From assembly GCA_020137815.1 (NCBI GenBank), contig CM035362.1:3100001-3164000 (forward strand): a stretch of DNA of 64,000 bases, given 5' to 3'. A program made the position numbers and the translations under genes. This document shows, piece after piece, positions 62,601 through 64,000 of this stretch. A model generated the notes under the pieces. It was not told where the DNA came from, searched no databases, and was given only the letters and a program-made list of their open reading frames with translations. This DNA is from Hormiphora californensis (Eukaryota > Animalia > Ctenophora). Positions within the stretch are counted from its first letter, which is position 1. Each line of letters begins with the position of its first letter.

Positions 62601-64000
62601 GTAGTTAAGAGGTAATTAGGAGCTGTAGTTAAGAGGTAATTAGGAGCTGTAATTAAGAGGTAATTAGGAGCTGTAATTAAGAGTTAATTAGCTAGTAATT
62701 AGGAGTTAATAAGTAGGTAATTAGGAGTTAATTAATGTTGGTCGTCCGCGTCAATGTCAAATAGTTTTGACCCCACCCAAAATTGTTGTACAAAGAGTTT
62801 GAGTAGTATCCCAAATTGTTATTGTTGAGCTAACAATGTATCTTTCAGGTCAGGCACCCTCTCAGGATCAGCTACTAGCTGAGTACTACGCCTCCTTCCC
62901 CAAGGACCCCAAATGTGAGAACTGTGAACAGCGTCCTTACATTGTGAAGGGAGATGCTGGTGCCCCCGGAGAGGCTGGTTTCCCTGGCCCCATGGGACCT
63001 GATGTGAGTGTGTTCCCCTGACTAGGTTTTAGAAAAGAATAGAGTTAGGTGGGGTATCCTAGCAACCGAAGAATGCAAGTAACAGTTAGTAACATGTTTA
63101 TATCTGCAGGGAGAGCCCGGTTCACCCGGTCGAGCCGGGTCTCGAGGAGCACCCGGTTCCCAAGGCTCTGATGGTCTCCGTGGACCTTCTGGAGAGATTG
63201 GGTCCCCTGGACCTGCTGGAGAGAAAGGTAACGAATTCGTATACCACCTCAAATATCAATTTCATCCCACTCACGTAATGCTTCCTCTCGAATCGATTCG
63301 CCTCCCTCTTAAGTATAATAATTAAACCCTGATAATAGAACACTGATACTTTAACCGAAACTCAGCCCCCAAGCTAGAACCCTGATCCCAGCCCCGTTTC
63401 AAACCCCCACCCTGAATCAGCCCATTAGCTAGGCCCAGCTAATCCTAACCCCCTGTTCCTCACAAACCCCAACCTAAGCCCAGCCGGGCAGCCCCGGTTC
63501 AAGAACCAAAACTCAGCCCATTAGCCCAGCTGATCCTACCCCCCTGTGCAGGAAACCCTGGATCCCGTGGAAGGCCCGGTGTTCCCGGACGACACGGTAT
63601 CGATGGTAACCCTGGTCAAGCTGGTGTAGACGGTTGCAATGGTACCCGGGGAGAGTTTGGAAACCCCGGACGAAATGGTGCCCCCGGTAGTCCTGGTCCT
63701 TCCGTAAGTTAACCATTTAAAGGTACACCTCGGCGAAATTTTTGTCGAGTGCCCGCTTAGCTCTCCATATGGGGTTGTAGGGCATACCAAGGGGTAGTCC
63801 TGGTCCTTCGGTAAGTTAATTCCATTTAAAGGGGACTGGGGTAAAGCACACTCCCATAATTGTTGCACTAGTGCCAAAAACAGTGCCACTAACACCACCC
63901 AGTAATGGACACATGGAATATAACTGCTACAAATTTATATGTTGTGACACTCAGGGTTCCCCTCTTAACACTATCTCTAAGACTATCTCTAACACACATC
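59612..64000 (+). CDS. col4a: Collagen IV alpha chain, gene D, 5' part (runs off the window); start codon apparently split AT|G by an intron
   Basis: AT|gtaagt at 59612-59613 joins cag|G at 62061 to give [20 protein letters not shown]. Then ..[11 protein letters not shown].., [16 protein letters not shown] and GCNGTRG. Confidence 0.85.
59681..60434. mobile_element. Non-autonomous Tc1/mariner(pogo)-like element with GGGGCAAAGTGGCCC repeats
   Basis: TA|GGGTAAGCTGGGGT...ACCCCAGCTTACCC|TA. Confidence 0.85.
60584..61932. mobile_element. Non-autonomous TA-targeting DNA transposon with internal inverted arms
   Basis: TA|CCGTAAGTTGGGGTAA...TTACCCCAACTTACGG|TA. An internal inverted repeat pairs about 61030-61260 with 61430-61640. 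Confidence 0.85.
62462..62735. repeat. Intronic minisatellite starting at a splice donor
   Basis: Repeat unit resembles AGGTAATTAGGAGCTGTAGTTAAG. Confidence 0.8.

Overview
Intron-rich animal genomic DNA. The taxon is inferred to be a ctenophore, from the divergent collagen IV chains (CxNC N-terminus, Tyr-rich NC1) and the repeat landscape. From left to right the window holds: a tandem array of small secreted, very cationic Cys-pair-domain genes (1.1-10.4 kb) that includes a homopolymer-garbled low-quality stretch and an RTE LINE tail; an OFA-type MFS transporter; a divergent 7TM receptor; and a cluster of four collagen IV genes (two on the minus strand and two on the plus strand, the inner pair head-to-head). 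Many non-autonomous DNA transposons are scattered throughout. Main discovery: each minus-strand collagen IV gene has one shared first NC1 exon followed by two tandem, frame-compatible NC1 cassettes (proximal and distal). In both genes the proximal cassette is bracketed by the same complementary motif (AGCGGCAGCGTG core, with G-U wobble extensions). This suggests RNA-structure-controlled, mutually exclusive switching of the collagen IV NC1 assembly domain. All exon models were read by eye, with no alignment or search.
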